Assembly: GCA_028698335.1 (NCBI GenBank)
Contig: JAQVDP010000021.1
Coordinates: 37,622 to 61,621 of the forward strand
Reading direction: 5' to 3'
From: Nevskiales bacterium
GTDB lineage: Bacteria > Pseudomonadota > Gammaproteobacteria > Nevskiales > Nevskiaceae
Length of the DNA stretch: 24,000 bases
Notes under the pieces: model-generated
Database searches by the model: none
Told to the model about the DNA's origin: nothing
Seen by the model: only the letters and a program-made list of their open reading frames with translations
Translations under genes and position numbers: made by a program
Part shown: piece after piece, positions 1 through 8,070 of the stretch
Numbering within the stretch: position 1 is the stretch's first letter
Layout: each line of letters begins with the position of its first letter

Positions 1-137
1 TCGGCGTGGCCACGCTGCCATGGCCGGTGATCGGAACCGGGCTGACCGTCGCGGCGCTGCTCGCGGCGCTGGTCGGACTGCCGCCGGCGCTGCACGCGCG
101 CCGCCTCAACATCGTCGACGCGCTGACCGAGCGCTGA
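1..137 (+). CDS. ABC transporter permease, FtsX/MacB family, C-terminal fragment (5' end cut by window edge)
   Basis: The frame starting at nt 3 reads GVATLPWPVIGTGLTVAALLAALVGLPPALHARRLNIVDALTER*. This is the same terminal TM-plus-basic signature that ends the next ORF (LLPALRAARVPIVEALRAR*). Stop TGA is at 135-137, followed by the GAGGAG RBS of the next gene. Confidence 0.65.
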   Translation, partial: GVATLPWPVIGTGLTVAALLAALVGLPPALHARRLNIVDALTER

Positions 138-147
138 GGAGCCGGAC

Positions 148-1326
148 ATGCTCAAACAGATCCTCGCCGTCACCGCGATGAGCCTGCGCGGCCTGCCGTC
201 GCGTGTCGGCACGTCCTCGGTGATCGTGATCGGCATCGCCGGCGTCGTCGCCGTGCTGGTGTCGGTCCTGGCAATGGCGCTGGGTTTTCGCCAGACCGTG
301 GCCGGCAGCGGGCGACCGGACCGGGCGATCGTGCTGCGCGGCGGTTCCAACGCCGAGCTGTCCAGCGCGCTGACCCGCGACAGCGTCCTGACGATCATGG
401 ACAGCGCTGGCGTGCGCCGCAACGCGGACGGCAAGCCGATTGCCTCCGCCGAGGCCGTCGTGATCGTCAACCTGCCGAAGATCAGCGACGGTTCGGACTC
501 CAACGTCACCCTGCGCGGCGTCGGACCGCGCGCGTTCGAGGTCCGGCCCGAAATCCGCCTCGTCGAGGGTCGCATGTTCGAACCCGCGGTGCGCGAGGTG
601 ATCGTGGGACGCGCTGCGCAGCAACAGTTCCAGGGACTCCAGGTCGGCAGCACCATCGCCTTCCGCGACAGCGACTGGACCGTCGTCGGCGCCTACGAGA
701 GCAACGGTGATTCCCACGAATCCGAGCTGATGGCCGACAGCGAGACCGTGCTGTCGGCGTACCGCCGCAACGGCTTCCAGTCGGTGACCGCGCTGCTCGA
801 TTCTGCCGACGCCTTCCCCGCGTTCAAGGACGCGCTGACGACCGACCCGACGCTGACCGTCGACGTCAAACGCGAACCGGAGTATTACGCCGAGCAGTCG
901 CGGCAGCTCACCACCGTGCTCAACTTCCTGGCCTACTTCGTCGGCGGCATCATGGCCGTCGGCGCGATGTTCGGTGCGCTCAACACCATGTATTCGGCAG
1001 TGTCGAGCCGCTCGACCGAGATCGCGACGCTGCGCGCGATCGGCTTTTCGTCGACGCCGGTCGTCGTTTCGGTGATGGTCGAGGCGCTGGTCCTGGCCCT
1101 GATCGGCGGTTGCGCCGGCGCCCTGATCGCCTGGCTGTTCTTCAACGGCAACGTCGTCAACACGCTCGGTCAGAACTTCAGCCAGATCGTGTTCCGTCTG
1201 ACGGTGGACCCGGCACTGATCGGACTCGGGATCGTATGGGCGCTGCTGATCGGCCTGTGCGGCGGACTGCTGCCCGCGCTGCGCGCCGCGCGTGTGCCGA
1301 TCGTCGAGGCCCTGCGCGCCCGCTAG
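148..1326 (+). CDS. ABC transporter permease, FtsX/MacB family (N-terminal TM, large periplasmic domain, three C-terminal TMs)
   Basis: 392-aa ORF. GAGGAG lies 5 nt upstream of ATG 148. N-terminal TM is SSVIVIGIAGVVAVLVSVLAMAL. A roughly 230-aa periplasmic domain follows, then the FtsX core (STEIATLRAIGFS, LLPALRAARVPIVEALR). It sits in tandem with a second permease upstream. Confidence 0.9.
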   Translation: MLKQILAVTAMSLRGLPSRVGTSSVIVIGIAGVVAVLVSVLAMALGFRQTVAGSGRPDRAIVLRGGSNAELSSALTRDSVLTIMDSAGVRRNADGKPIASAEAVVIVNLPKISDGSDSNVTLRGVGPRAFEVRPEIRLVEGRMFEPAVREVIVGRAAQQQFQGLQVGSTIAFRDSDWTVVGAYESNGDSHESELMADSETVLSAYRRNGFQSVTALLDSADAFPAFKDALTTDPTLTVDVKREPEYYAEQSRQLTTVLNFLAYFVGGIMAVGAMFGALNTMYSAVSSRSTEIATLRAIGFSSTPVVVSVMVEALVLALIGGCAGALIAWLFFNGNVVNTLGQNFSQIVFRLTVDPALIGLGIVWALLIGLCGGLLPALRAARVPIVEALRAR

Positions 1327-1364
1327 GGGCCCATCAACGCGACGGCGGTCTCAGCGAGCGGGGC

Positions 1365-2564
1365 TCAACCCGGCAGACGCAGCCACAGCACTGCGGCAAT
1401 GACGATGGCCCCGATCAGGATCGCCGCGGCGATCATCGCGGCGCCCCGATCGGATCCCCACGGCGCGGCGGGGATCGCCCGCGGCGATTCGCGGTCCGCG
1501 CTCCGAGCCGCGTCGAGCGGCACCGTCTCCGGCTCGACGGGCGTCGTGACCTCCCGCGTCCCCGTAACCGCCGGCTCGCCGGTATCGCGGCTGTCGTCGA
1601 GGATGTCGAGCGCATCGAACAGCGCGATCCGGAACTCGTAGGCGGACTGGAAGCGATCCTCGATGTGCAGCGCCAACCCCGTGCGCAGCGCCTGTTCGAA
1701 CTTGACGTCGTCCAGGCCCATCGGCCGCATCACCGCATCGTCTCCGACCCGGTCCAGGGCGGCGGGCGGGATCTTGCCGGTGACCATCCGGTACAGCGTC
1801 GCGGCCACCGCATAGACGTCGGTCCATGGCCCCAGTCGCCCCTCTTTCTGGTACTGCTCGAGCGGCGCGTAGCCCTCGGACAACAACACCAGTCCGCCAC
1901 CGTCGGCCGAGCGCGTCGCATCCCGCGCGGCGCCGAAATCGAGCAGGATCGCGCGACCACCGCTGGCCAGATAGATGTTCTGCGGCTTGATGTCCCGGTG
2001 GATCACGCCGTGGTCGTGGACGAACTGCAACCCTTCGAGAACCGGCCCCAGAAAACGGACCGCGACTTCGGCCGAAACATGCCCCTCCCTCAGCGTTGCC
2101 ATGTAGTCGCCGAGGCTGATGCCCTCGTAGTAGTCCATCACCAGATACGCGGTATTGTTGGCGCGGAAAAACGCCCGCACACGCACGATGTTGGGATGGT
2201 CGAAGCGCGCGATGACACGCGCCTCGGCGAGAAAGTCCTCGAGCCCCTCGCGGTAGGCCGCTTCGTGCTCCGGGCTGTCGACGACCACGTCCGTCGACGT
2301 CTCCGAGCGACCGGCCAGACGTCGCGGCAGGTACTCCTTGATCGCGACCCGCTGCTGCAGGTGCACGTCCCAGGCGATGTAGGTGATGCCGAATCCGCCT
2401 GGGCGGCCGAGCACGCTGCCGACCCGGTATTGTCCGCCGATGATCACGCCGTGCGGCAGGTACAGCGCGGTGCGCGGCGCCGACTCGTCGTAGCCGCAAT
2501 GGGGGCAGACCGCCAGGCTATTCTTGTTTTCGAAGCACCCCGGACAGTGCTTTTGATAAATCAT
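1365..2564 (-). CDS. Hanks-type Ser/Thr protein kinase with N-terminal zinc ribbon and C-terminal TM anchor
   Basis: 399 aa. Zinc ribbon: CPGCFENKNSLAVCPHCG (CxxC-N11-CxxC). Kinase motifs are all intact: GRPGGFGITY (G-loop), VAIKEY (catalytic Lys), HRDIKPQN, DFGAAR, GYAPLEQ. A single TM (AAMIAAAILIGAIVIAAVLWL) lies 4 residues from the C-terminus. Confidence 0.9.
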   Translation of the reverse strand: MIYQKHCPGCFENKNSLAVCPHCGYDESAPRTALYLPHGVIIGGQYRVGSVLGRPGGFGITYIAWDVHLQQRVAIKEYLPRRLAGRSETSTDVVVDSPEHEAAYREGLEDFLAEARVIARFDHPNIVRVRAFFRANNTAYLVMDYYEGISLGDYMATLREGHVSAEVAVRFLGPVLEGLQFVHDHGVIHRDIKPQNIYLASGGRAILLDFGAARDATRSADGGGLVLLSEGYAPLEQYQKEGRLGPWTDVYAVAATLYRMVTGKIPPAALDRVGDDAVMRPMGLDDVKFEQALRTGLALHIEDRFQSAYEFRIALFDALDILDDSRDTGEPAVTGTREVTTPVEPETVPLDAARSADRESPRAIPAAPWGSDRGAAMIAAAILIGAIVIAAVLWLRLPG

Positions 2565-2702
2565 GCCGGTCCGACCCTATCCGCTGAGCGGCGATCCCGC
2601 CGCGACCATTGTATCGGCCATCGGCGACCGTTCGTGCGCCCCCCATGTGCGTTGGCACGGCAGCCCGGCTGGGCGTGCTAAATTTGCGACCATAATTTGC
2701 GC

Positions 2703-3692
2703 ATGGGTAATGACGGATCGGTCCAATCCCCGGCGACTCAGCAAAAGGATTCCTCCGCGATCGTGGCGATGAACAGTGACCCCGACATCAGGATCGGCGC
2801 GCTCGCGCTGGCGGAGTTCAGCGACCCGCGTCGCGCGCTGATCACCGACGCTGCGCTCAACCCGGACGAGATCCGGCGCCTGTCGCAGGCTGTCGAGGCG
2901 CATTCCGGCGAGGCATTGGAACTCAGCCTGCGGCGGATGCTGGCTTACTTCGGGAACAGCCAGGACGCGCTCAGGTTTGCGGAGGCGGTCCAGTCAGAGA
3001 TGACGGCAATCCGCGCCAAGGACCCCGAACGTCATTCGCTCAGCGCGCGTGTGATGCTTGGCCATGGCCGCATGACGATCCGCGACGGCCGCCCCAGCGG
3101 CGACTGGACCTATCGCCTCAACGGCATGCTGTCGCGCGTCCCCGCGCACGGCATCGCCGCGCTCGAGGGCTTTGTCGAGACCCTGCCGCAGACCGATCCC
3201 AAGCCGGCGCCGACCGAGCTCGCGCCCGGCGTGTACCTGATCCAGGAGATCGCCTCCGAAAACGTCGAGACCCAGCTCGCCTCGCCGCTCCAGAACGAGT
3301 CCGGCGTATTCACGTCGATCACGCTGCGCCTGCACGGCCAGCCGCGCGTGCTGCGCAGCTCCGACTGTCCGGTATTGATCGGCCGCGACTCGAAGTGTCT
3401 GGTCCAGCTCAAGTCGGAAACCGCCTCGCGCATCCACGGCCGCATCGAATACGGACAGGGGCGCTTTCACTACGTGGACGACAGCCGCAACGGCACCTTC
3501 GTGCTCACCGGCTCCGGCGAGGAGGTCAAACTCTGGCACGATCGCATCGCCCTGGTCGGCGACGGCGCACTGAGCGCCGGTGCGCCGCTGGCGAAGCAGA
3601 CCGGGGAGATCGTGCGTTTCAGCTGCCATTCCTCCCCCCTGTCGATGATGGGAGCCGCGCCGGAGGGTGACACCATCCGGCTCGGTCGGTGA
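2703..3692 (+). CDS. FHA-domain protein (C-terminal FHA; N-terminal domain of uncertain type)
   Basis: FHA signature is complete: VLIGRDSKCLVQL...ASRIHGRIEY...FHYVDDSRNGTFV (Gly-Arg, Ser-x-x-His, Asn-Gly), about nt 3369-3560. The start is uncertain: the ORF opens at TTG 2697, the first ATG is 2703, and GTG 2763 and ATG 2769 are also possible. Confidence 0.85.
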   Translation: MGNDGSVQSPATQQKDSSAIVAMNSDPDIRIGALALAEFSDPRRALITDAALNPDEIRRLSQAVEAHSGEALELSLRRMLAYFGNSQDALRFAEAVQSEMTAIRAKDPERHSLSARVMLGHGRMTIRDGRPSGDWTYRLNGMLSRVPAHGIAALEGFVETLPQTDPKPAPTELAPGVYLIQEIASENVETQLASPLQNESGVFTSITLRLHGQPRVLRSSDCPVLIGRDSKCLVQLKSETASRIHGRIEYGQGRFHYVDDSRNGTFVLTGSGEEVKLWHDRIALVGDGALSAGAPLAKQTGEIVRFSCHSSPLSMMGAAPEGDTIRLGR

Positions 3693-3693
3693 C

Positions 3694-4641
3694 ATGCGCA
3701 CCCGGTTGACGCCCGAGCGGATCCGCGCGCGCTTCGTCGAGTGCGCCACGGCCAAGTTCGCCGGCAACGTCCCCGACTTCGTGCGTCTGCGCAAACTGGT
3801 GGACGACAACGGCGGCCGCTTTCTGAATGACCACGGCGCGATCCGGACCGCCGATCCGCGTCTGCGCGACCTGTTCATCCGCGCCGCCCAGGTGCTCGGG
3901 CTGCATCGGGAACGCGAGTACGCGTTTCCGGACAAGCATCTGCTGTCCTGCGACCTGCAGGTGATCGGCGAAGACGCCGAGCAGTTCAAGATTTTCGTCT
4001 CGCAGGTCGACCTCGAAGCGTTCCCGTCCGACGTCTGGCGGCTGATCGAGGAGGACTGCGCACAGCAGGCCGCCCACGTCGACCACGCCCCGTTCGTCAC
4101 GCTGATCGAGCGCTTCGAGGCACATGGCGCACTGGACGCCGCCGATGCCGATGCCTTCGTCGATCATTTCGTGCACCGCCTGATGCAGCGCAACGGGCCG
4201 CCGATGTCCCGCAGCACCCTCGAAGCCGTCGCCGCGGTCTCGGGAGAGGCCGCCAGCGCACTGGCGCTCGGCCCGGACTTCAATCACGTCACCATCGACG
4301 TACGTGCGGCGGGTTTCGACAGCATCGAAGCCATGGCCACGACCATGCAGTCGCTCGGCATGCGCATGCTGCCGCAGATCCAGGGTGCGCCCGGCAGCAT
4401 GCTGCGCCAGACCGCGACACTCGCGGCCAGCATCGCCACCCCGGTGCTCGAAGCCGACGGACGCAGCGGCAGCGCCCGGACCGAGAAGCAGTTCGTCGAG
4501 ATCATCGAACGCGGCCAGGCCACCGACGCCGACGGCCATCCGCTCTGGCGCCAGGACGGCCGCCCCCTGATCTACCGCAATTTCCTGTCCGCCAACGCCG
4601 CGCGCATCTTCGATGCCGCCGCGACCAGGACCGTGCGGTGA
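3694..4641 (+). CDS. DUF1338 / 2-oxoadipate dioxygenase-decarboxylase (HglS/YdcJ)-like metalloenzyme
   Basis: Family-typical blocks with the His/His/Glu metal triad pattern: NDHGAIRT, PDFNHVTIDV, KQFVEIIERG. ATG 3694 lies 1 nt after the FHA gene stop (TGAcATG). The 3' end overlaps the next gene's start (GTGA). Confidence 0.65.
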   Translation: MRTRLTPERIRARFVECATAKFAGNVPDFVRLRKLVDDNGGRFLNDHGAIRTADPRLRDLFIRAAQVLGLHREREYAFPDKHLLSCDLQVIGEDAEQFKIFVSQVDLEAFPSDVWRLIEEDCAQQAAHVDHAPFVTLIERFEAHGALDAADADAFVDHFVHRLMQRNGPPMSRSTLEAVAAVSGEAASALALGPDFNHVTIDVRAAGFDSIEAMATTMQSLGMRMLPQIQGAPGSMLRQTATLAASIATPVLEADGRSGSARTEKQFVEIIERGQATDADGHPLWRQDGRPLIYRNFLSANAARIFDAAATRTVR

Positions 4642-5888
4642 CGAGTCCTTCCGCGTCGGAATCCCTGCAAACCGCCGAACTGCAGAAGCTGCTGAAGCGG
4701 CCGCTCTGGTCGCAGCGCTTTCCGCCCCACCTGGAGCGGCGCTTCCGCCGCGACTCGGCGGAACGCTCGACCCGGCTCACCCGCGGCACGTTCACGCTGG
4801 CGCTGCTGGTCCTGGCGACATATCTGCTGATCGACGTGATGACGGTACGGCGCCTTGCCGATCCGATCGTGGCGATTCTGCTGGGTGGCATCTGCGGCCC
4901 GCTCACGCTGATCGGCGCCGCGGGCAGCTACGTCCCGCACTGGCACCGGAGCCTGATGCGTCTGCTGCCGTTCATGATGCTGATCGTCGGAGTCGCGATC
5001 GCGGCGGCTGCAGGCCGTTGCCTGGAGCTGGGTCTGCCGCCCCCCTACGAGCTGATCGTGCTGCAGCTGATCAACATCCAGTTGTTGAGCGGATTGCCGT
5101 TCCGCACGACCTTCCCCGTCGCGCTGGCGACCGCCGCGGCGCTGGCACTGATCGAGGGTGCCGACCAGGCCGACCCCCAGCGCCTGGTGTGGAATCTCAG
5201 CTTCGTCCTGTTCACGCTGGCCACCTGCAGCCTCGGCAGTTTTCTCGGCGAACAGGTTTCGCGCCGCAGCTGGCTGCAGGCACGCCTGCTGAACCGGCTC
5301 GCCCATCACGACGAGCTCACCGGTCTGTACAACCGCCACGCCCTGATCCTGCGCGCGGAACTGCTGCTCGAGGCGGCGGCGCGTGATCACTGCCCGGTCT
5401 CGGTGATCCTGTGCGATACCGACTACTTCAAGCGGCTGAACGACCGTCTCGGCCACCTCGCCGGTGACGAGGCCCTGCGCAACGTCGCCGATGCACTGCA
5501 GCAGGCCACACGGCGCAGCAGCGATCTGACCGCCCGCTGGGGCGGCGAGGAATTCCTGATGGTGCTGTACGACTGCGACCGCGATGCCGCCGTGGTGCGG
5601 GCCGAGGCGGCGCGCGAGCAGATCCAGCGCCTGCGCATCGCCAATCCGGATGTGGACGGCGGCATCCTGACCATGAGCTTCGGCTGCGCCACGCAGCCGG
5701 TCGGCGTCCGTGTCGCCCTCAATACGCTGGTCGGCGCCGCCGATGCGGCGCTGTACCGGGCCAAGACATCCGGTCGCAACCGCACCTGCGTGCAGCCTCC
5801 GCCGGAGGCTGCCGGCGAAGACGCACTCAGCTGCCCGGCGGCGCAACCGGCGGCCGCGGCGGCCAGAAGAAGTCCTGCGGGCGACTGA
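4638..5888 (+). CDS. Membrane-bound diguanylate cyclase (GGDEF domain, GGEEF active site, RxxD I-site)
   Basis: 416 aa. The N-terminal half has about 5-6 hydrophobic helices. The GGDEF domain shows HHDELTGLYNRHAL, DTDYFKRLNDRLGHLAGDEAL, and RSSD-LTARW-GGEEF (GGEEF at 5541-5555, RxxD five residues upstream). GTG 4638 overlaps the upstream stop by 4 nt. Confidence 0.9.
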   Translation: MTSPSASESLQTAELQKLLKRPLWSQRFPPHLERRFRRDSAERSTRLTRGTFTLALLVLATYLLIDVMTVRRLADPIVAILLGGICGPLTLIGAAGSYVPHWHRSLMRLLPFMMLIVGVAIAAAAGRCLELGLPPPYELIVLQLINIQLLSGLPFRTTFPVALATAAALALIEGADQADPQRLVWNLSFVLFTLATCSLGSFLGEQVSRRSWLQARLLNRLAHHDELTGLYNRHALILRAELLLEAAARDHCPVSVILCDTDYFKRLNDRLGHLAGDEALRNVADALQQATRRSSDLTARWGGEEFLMVLYDCDRDAAVVRAEAAREQIQRLRIANPDVDGGILTMSFGCATQPVGVRVALNTLVGAADAALYRAKTSGRNRTCVQPPPEAAGEDALSCPAAQPAAAAARRSPAGD

Positions 5889-7884
5889 CGAAACGCTTCA
5901 GCAGCGCGACGATCAGCGCGCGGCGGTTGGTCAGCGACACCCGCTGCGCACGCATCGCCACGTACAGCGCCAGGCTGAAGCTGACCGCAAGATTCAGCAG
6001 GCCGATGACCGAGACGCCCAGCACCGCTGCGGGCAGCAGTTGCCAGAGCGGAACCTCCTGCAGCGCTGCCATCGCGTAGGTCGTATTGGCCGAGGTGAAG
6101 GTGACGTGCAGCGTGTCCATCGGAACGCCGAACACGCGCCCCAGCGCCCCCACCGACCCCAGCATCACGCCGAAGAACACGCTGCCCATCAGGCCGCCGA
6201 GGTTGTTCTCGACATAGCTGGCGACGCCCTCGGCGACACGGACCCCGAACAGGCGGCGCAGCCAGCGCAGTTGCCGCACCCGGCGCGGAATCCGGCCGTA
6301 CGCGGCCTTGTTGTCGTAGTAGCCCGAGATCAGTCCGGTCGCGAACAGGCAGATGCCGGTGATCGCGGCCCAGATCCAGACGTGCGGACTCAGCGGATCG
6401 GTGTCCGCCAGCAGATGGGTCGCCTTGGTCGGTGACAGATACGGCTCGCCGTGGCGCATCCAGTGCGTTTGCGCCACGAACAGCGCCAGCGGCACGGCCA
6501 CCACCAGATTGCCGACCAGGGCGATGAACTGACTGCGGAACGTGCGCACCATCAGATCGGCCAGGCGGCTCATGCCGTGCTTGTCCTCGCCGGTCTCGAT
6601 CGCCTGGGCGATCGCATTGGCCGTCATCGCCGGCTGTTTGGTGGCGAGCGAGAAATGGAACACGTACATCAGCACGAACGCGGCGGCGTAGATGCCGCTG
6701 TACACCAGGGCCTCGACGAAAGGAGCCCGAGTCGGGTCATACACCGACAGCTTGACCAGCGACGCCAGCACCACGATCAGGCCCGCCCCCATTGCCGACC
6801 GGAACAGCCGGAAGAACTCCGCCCGGCTGCTGGTGATGTACTGCTCGCCGGCCTTGCTGGCATTGGAGACGATGCGCGTCGACAGCAGATCCAGCGTCTG
6901 CGTCCACAGTTCGCCGACGCTGTTGCGGCGGTTCTCGGCCCGTACCACCTGCTTGAAGAACCGCACGCGCAGCTCGTTCAGATCGTGAGCGGCACGCCGC
7001 TCGAGCAGCAGCAGCAGCAGTTTCAGCCGCGCGATGTTCTGGGTCAGGCGCGCCAGCAGCACCGTGAGGCTGACGCTGGCGCCGGTCTGCGCGGCCTGCT
7101 TGCGCACCTTGCCGAGGATCTCGTCGCACTGCCCCAGCAGCACCAGCAGGTGCTTGTCGTCGACCGCCGGATCGCGCTTGTCGCTGATCGCCTGCCGGCG
7201 TTCATCGATGAAATGGCGCATCTCGACGTTCTGCGTCAGGAACGGCGATTCGTAACGCTCGATCGCCGGATGGTTGCGCACCAGCTCCGGCTCCAGCCCC
7301 ATCGCCGCGATCCGGTACGACGTCACCTGCAGCGCCTCGAGAATCTGGAACGGCATGCGGCGACCGTCGGTGCCGCTGAGCACCGCGCCGAAATCCAGCG
7401 CATCGAGCAAGCCCACCCATTCGGCATCAGCGATCGCCTCGACCCAGACGTGATCGTCGCGCCGCTCGAACAGGATGTAGAGCGCGTCGCTGAGCTGCTC
7501 GGTGTCGAGCTCGTCGGGCAGCACCTTGGCCCCGAGCCGGTGCCACAGGCCGCTGAAGAACCCCTCGTTGGCAAGAATTCCCGAGTCGGTCAGCAACCGC
7601 AGCGGCTGCTTGGTCGCGGTCAGCCACAGCACGCTGTTGCGAACGCCGGCGCGCGCCGCCGCGTCCTCGCGCACGACTTCGGTCAGCAGCTTGAGGCGCT
7701 GTTGCGCCGGCTCGGCTCGCGACGCCCGGCGCGGCCGCAGCCAGCGCACCAGTGCCCGCAGCGCGGCCAGACGCTGCTCGTCGCCGGCACCCTGCAACTG
7801 CCCGAGCACGCCGTCGAGGCGCTGGCGGTCGCGCTGTTGCTGCCGCTGGGTTGCGGCCGCCTGTTCGCCCGCCCGACGGTTCAT
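5827..7884 (-). CDS. Large polytopic inner-membrane protein of unknown function (possibly the family mis-named site-specific recombinase, Pfam PF10136)
   Basis: 685 aa. The N-terminus is soluble and Arg/Gln-rich (LAALRALVRWLRPRR). There are at least 6 hydrophobic segments, e.g. GAGLIVVLASLVKLSV, YSGIYAAAFVLMYVF, FIALVGNLVVAVPLALFV, VWIWAAITGICLFATGLISG, LGGLMGSVFFGVMLGSVGAL, LLPAAVLGVSVIGLLNLAVSFSLALYV. The family assignment is from memory of N-terminal motifs only. Confidence 0.7.
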   Translation of the reverse strand: MNRRAGEQAAATQRQQQRDRQRLDGVLGQLQGAGDEQRLAALRALVRWLRPRRASRAEPAQQRLKLLTEVVREDAAARAGVRNSVLWLTATKQPLRLLTDSGILANEGFFSGLWHRLGAKVLPDELDTEQLSDALYILFERRDDHVWVEAIADAEWVGLLDALDFGAVLSGTDGRRMPFQILEALQVTSYRIAAMGLEPELVRNHPAIERYESPFLTQNVEMRHFIDERRQAISDKRDPAVDDKHLLVLLGQCDEILGKVRKQAAQTGASVSLTVLLARLTQNIARLKLLLLLLERRAAHDLNELRVRFFKQVVRAENRRNSVGELWTQTLDLLSTRIVSNASKAGEQYITSSRAEFFRLFRSAMGAGLIVVLASLVKLSVYDPTRAPFVEALVYSGIYAAAFVLMYVFHFSLATKQPAMTANAIAQAIETGEDKHGMSRLADLMVRTFRSQFIALVGNLVVAVPLALFVAQTHWMRHGEPYLSPTKATHLLADTDPLSPHVWIWAAITGICLFATGLISGYYDNKAAYGRIPRRVRQLRWLRRLFGVRVAEGVASYVENNLGGLMGSVFFGVMLGSVGALGRVFGVPMDTLHVTFTSANTTYAMAALQEVPLWQLLPAAVLGVSVIGLLNLAVSFSLALYVAMRAQRVSLTNRRALIVALLKRFVSRPQDFFWPPRPPVAPPGS

Positions 7885-8070
7885 GCGGACACCAGCGGCC
7901 GTCGGAACGCCGCGGAAACGGAAATGGAATTGGGGATCACGAAGCGGGACACGGCGCGCCGGCGGCGCAGGTCCGCCTTTTTGTCATGCCCGGGCCGGCA
8001 TCCGCAAGCCCCTTGCCGAAAAGATGCGCCGCGACCGCACGACGGCGGCCGCGGCCGGGCGAAACCGCAT

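Noticed and set aside
2652-2670. Sigma-54-like TGGCACG at 2653-2659, and a second TGGCAA-N5-TTACT at 12484-12499.
   Set aside because: The -24 GG element is present, but the -12 TTGC element is missing (CCCGG and TTAC respectively). No enhancer-binding protein gene is nearby.
7961-7982. Plus-strand terminator-like hairpin GGCGG-N7-CCGCC followed by TTTTT, between the membrane-protein gene and fpr.
   Set aside because: It is on the wrong strand for both flanking (minus-strand) genes, and no plus-strand gene ends upstream. The stem is only 5 bp, so it is probably fortuitous or part of a promoter region.
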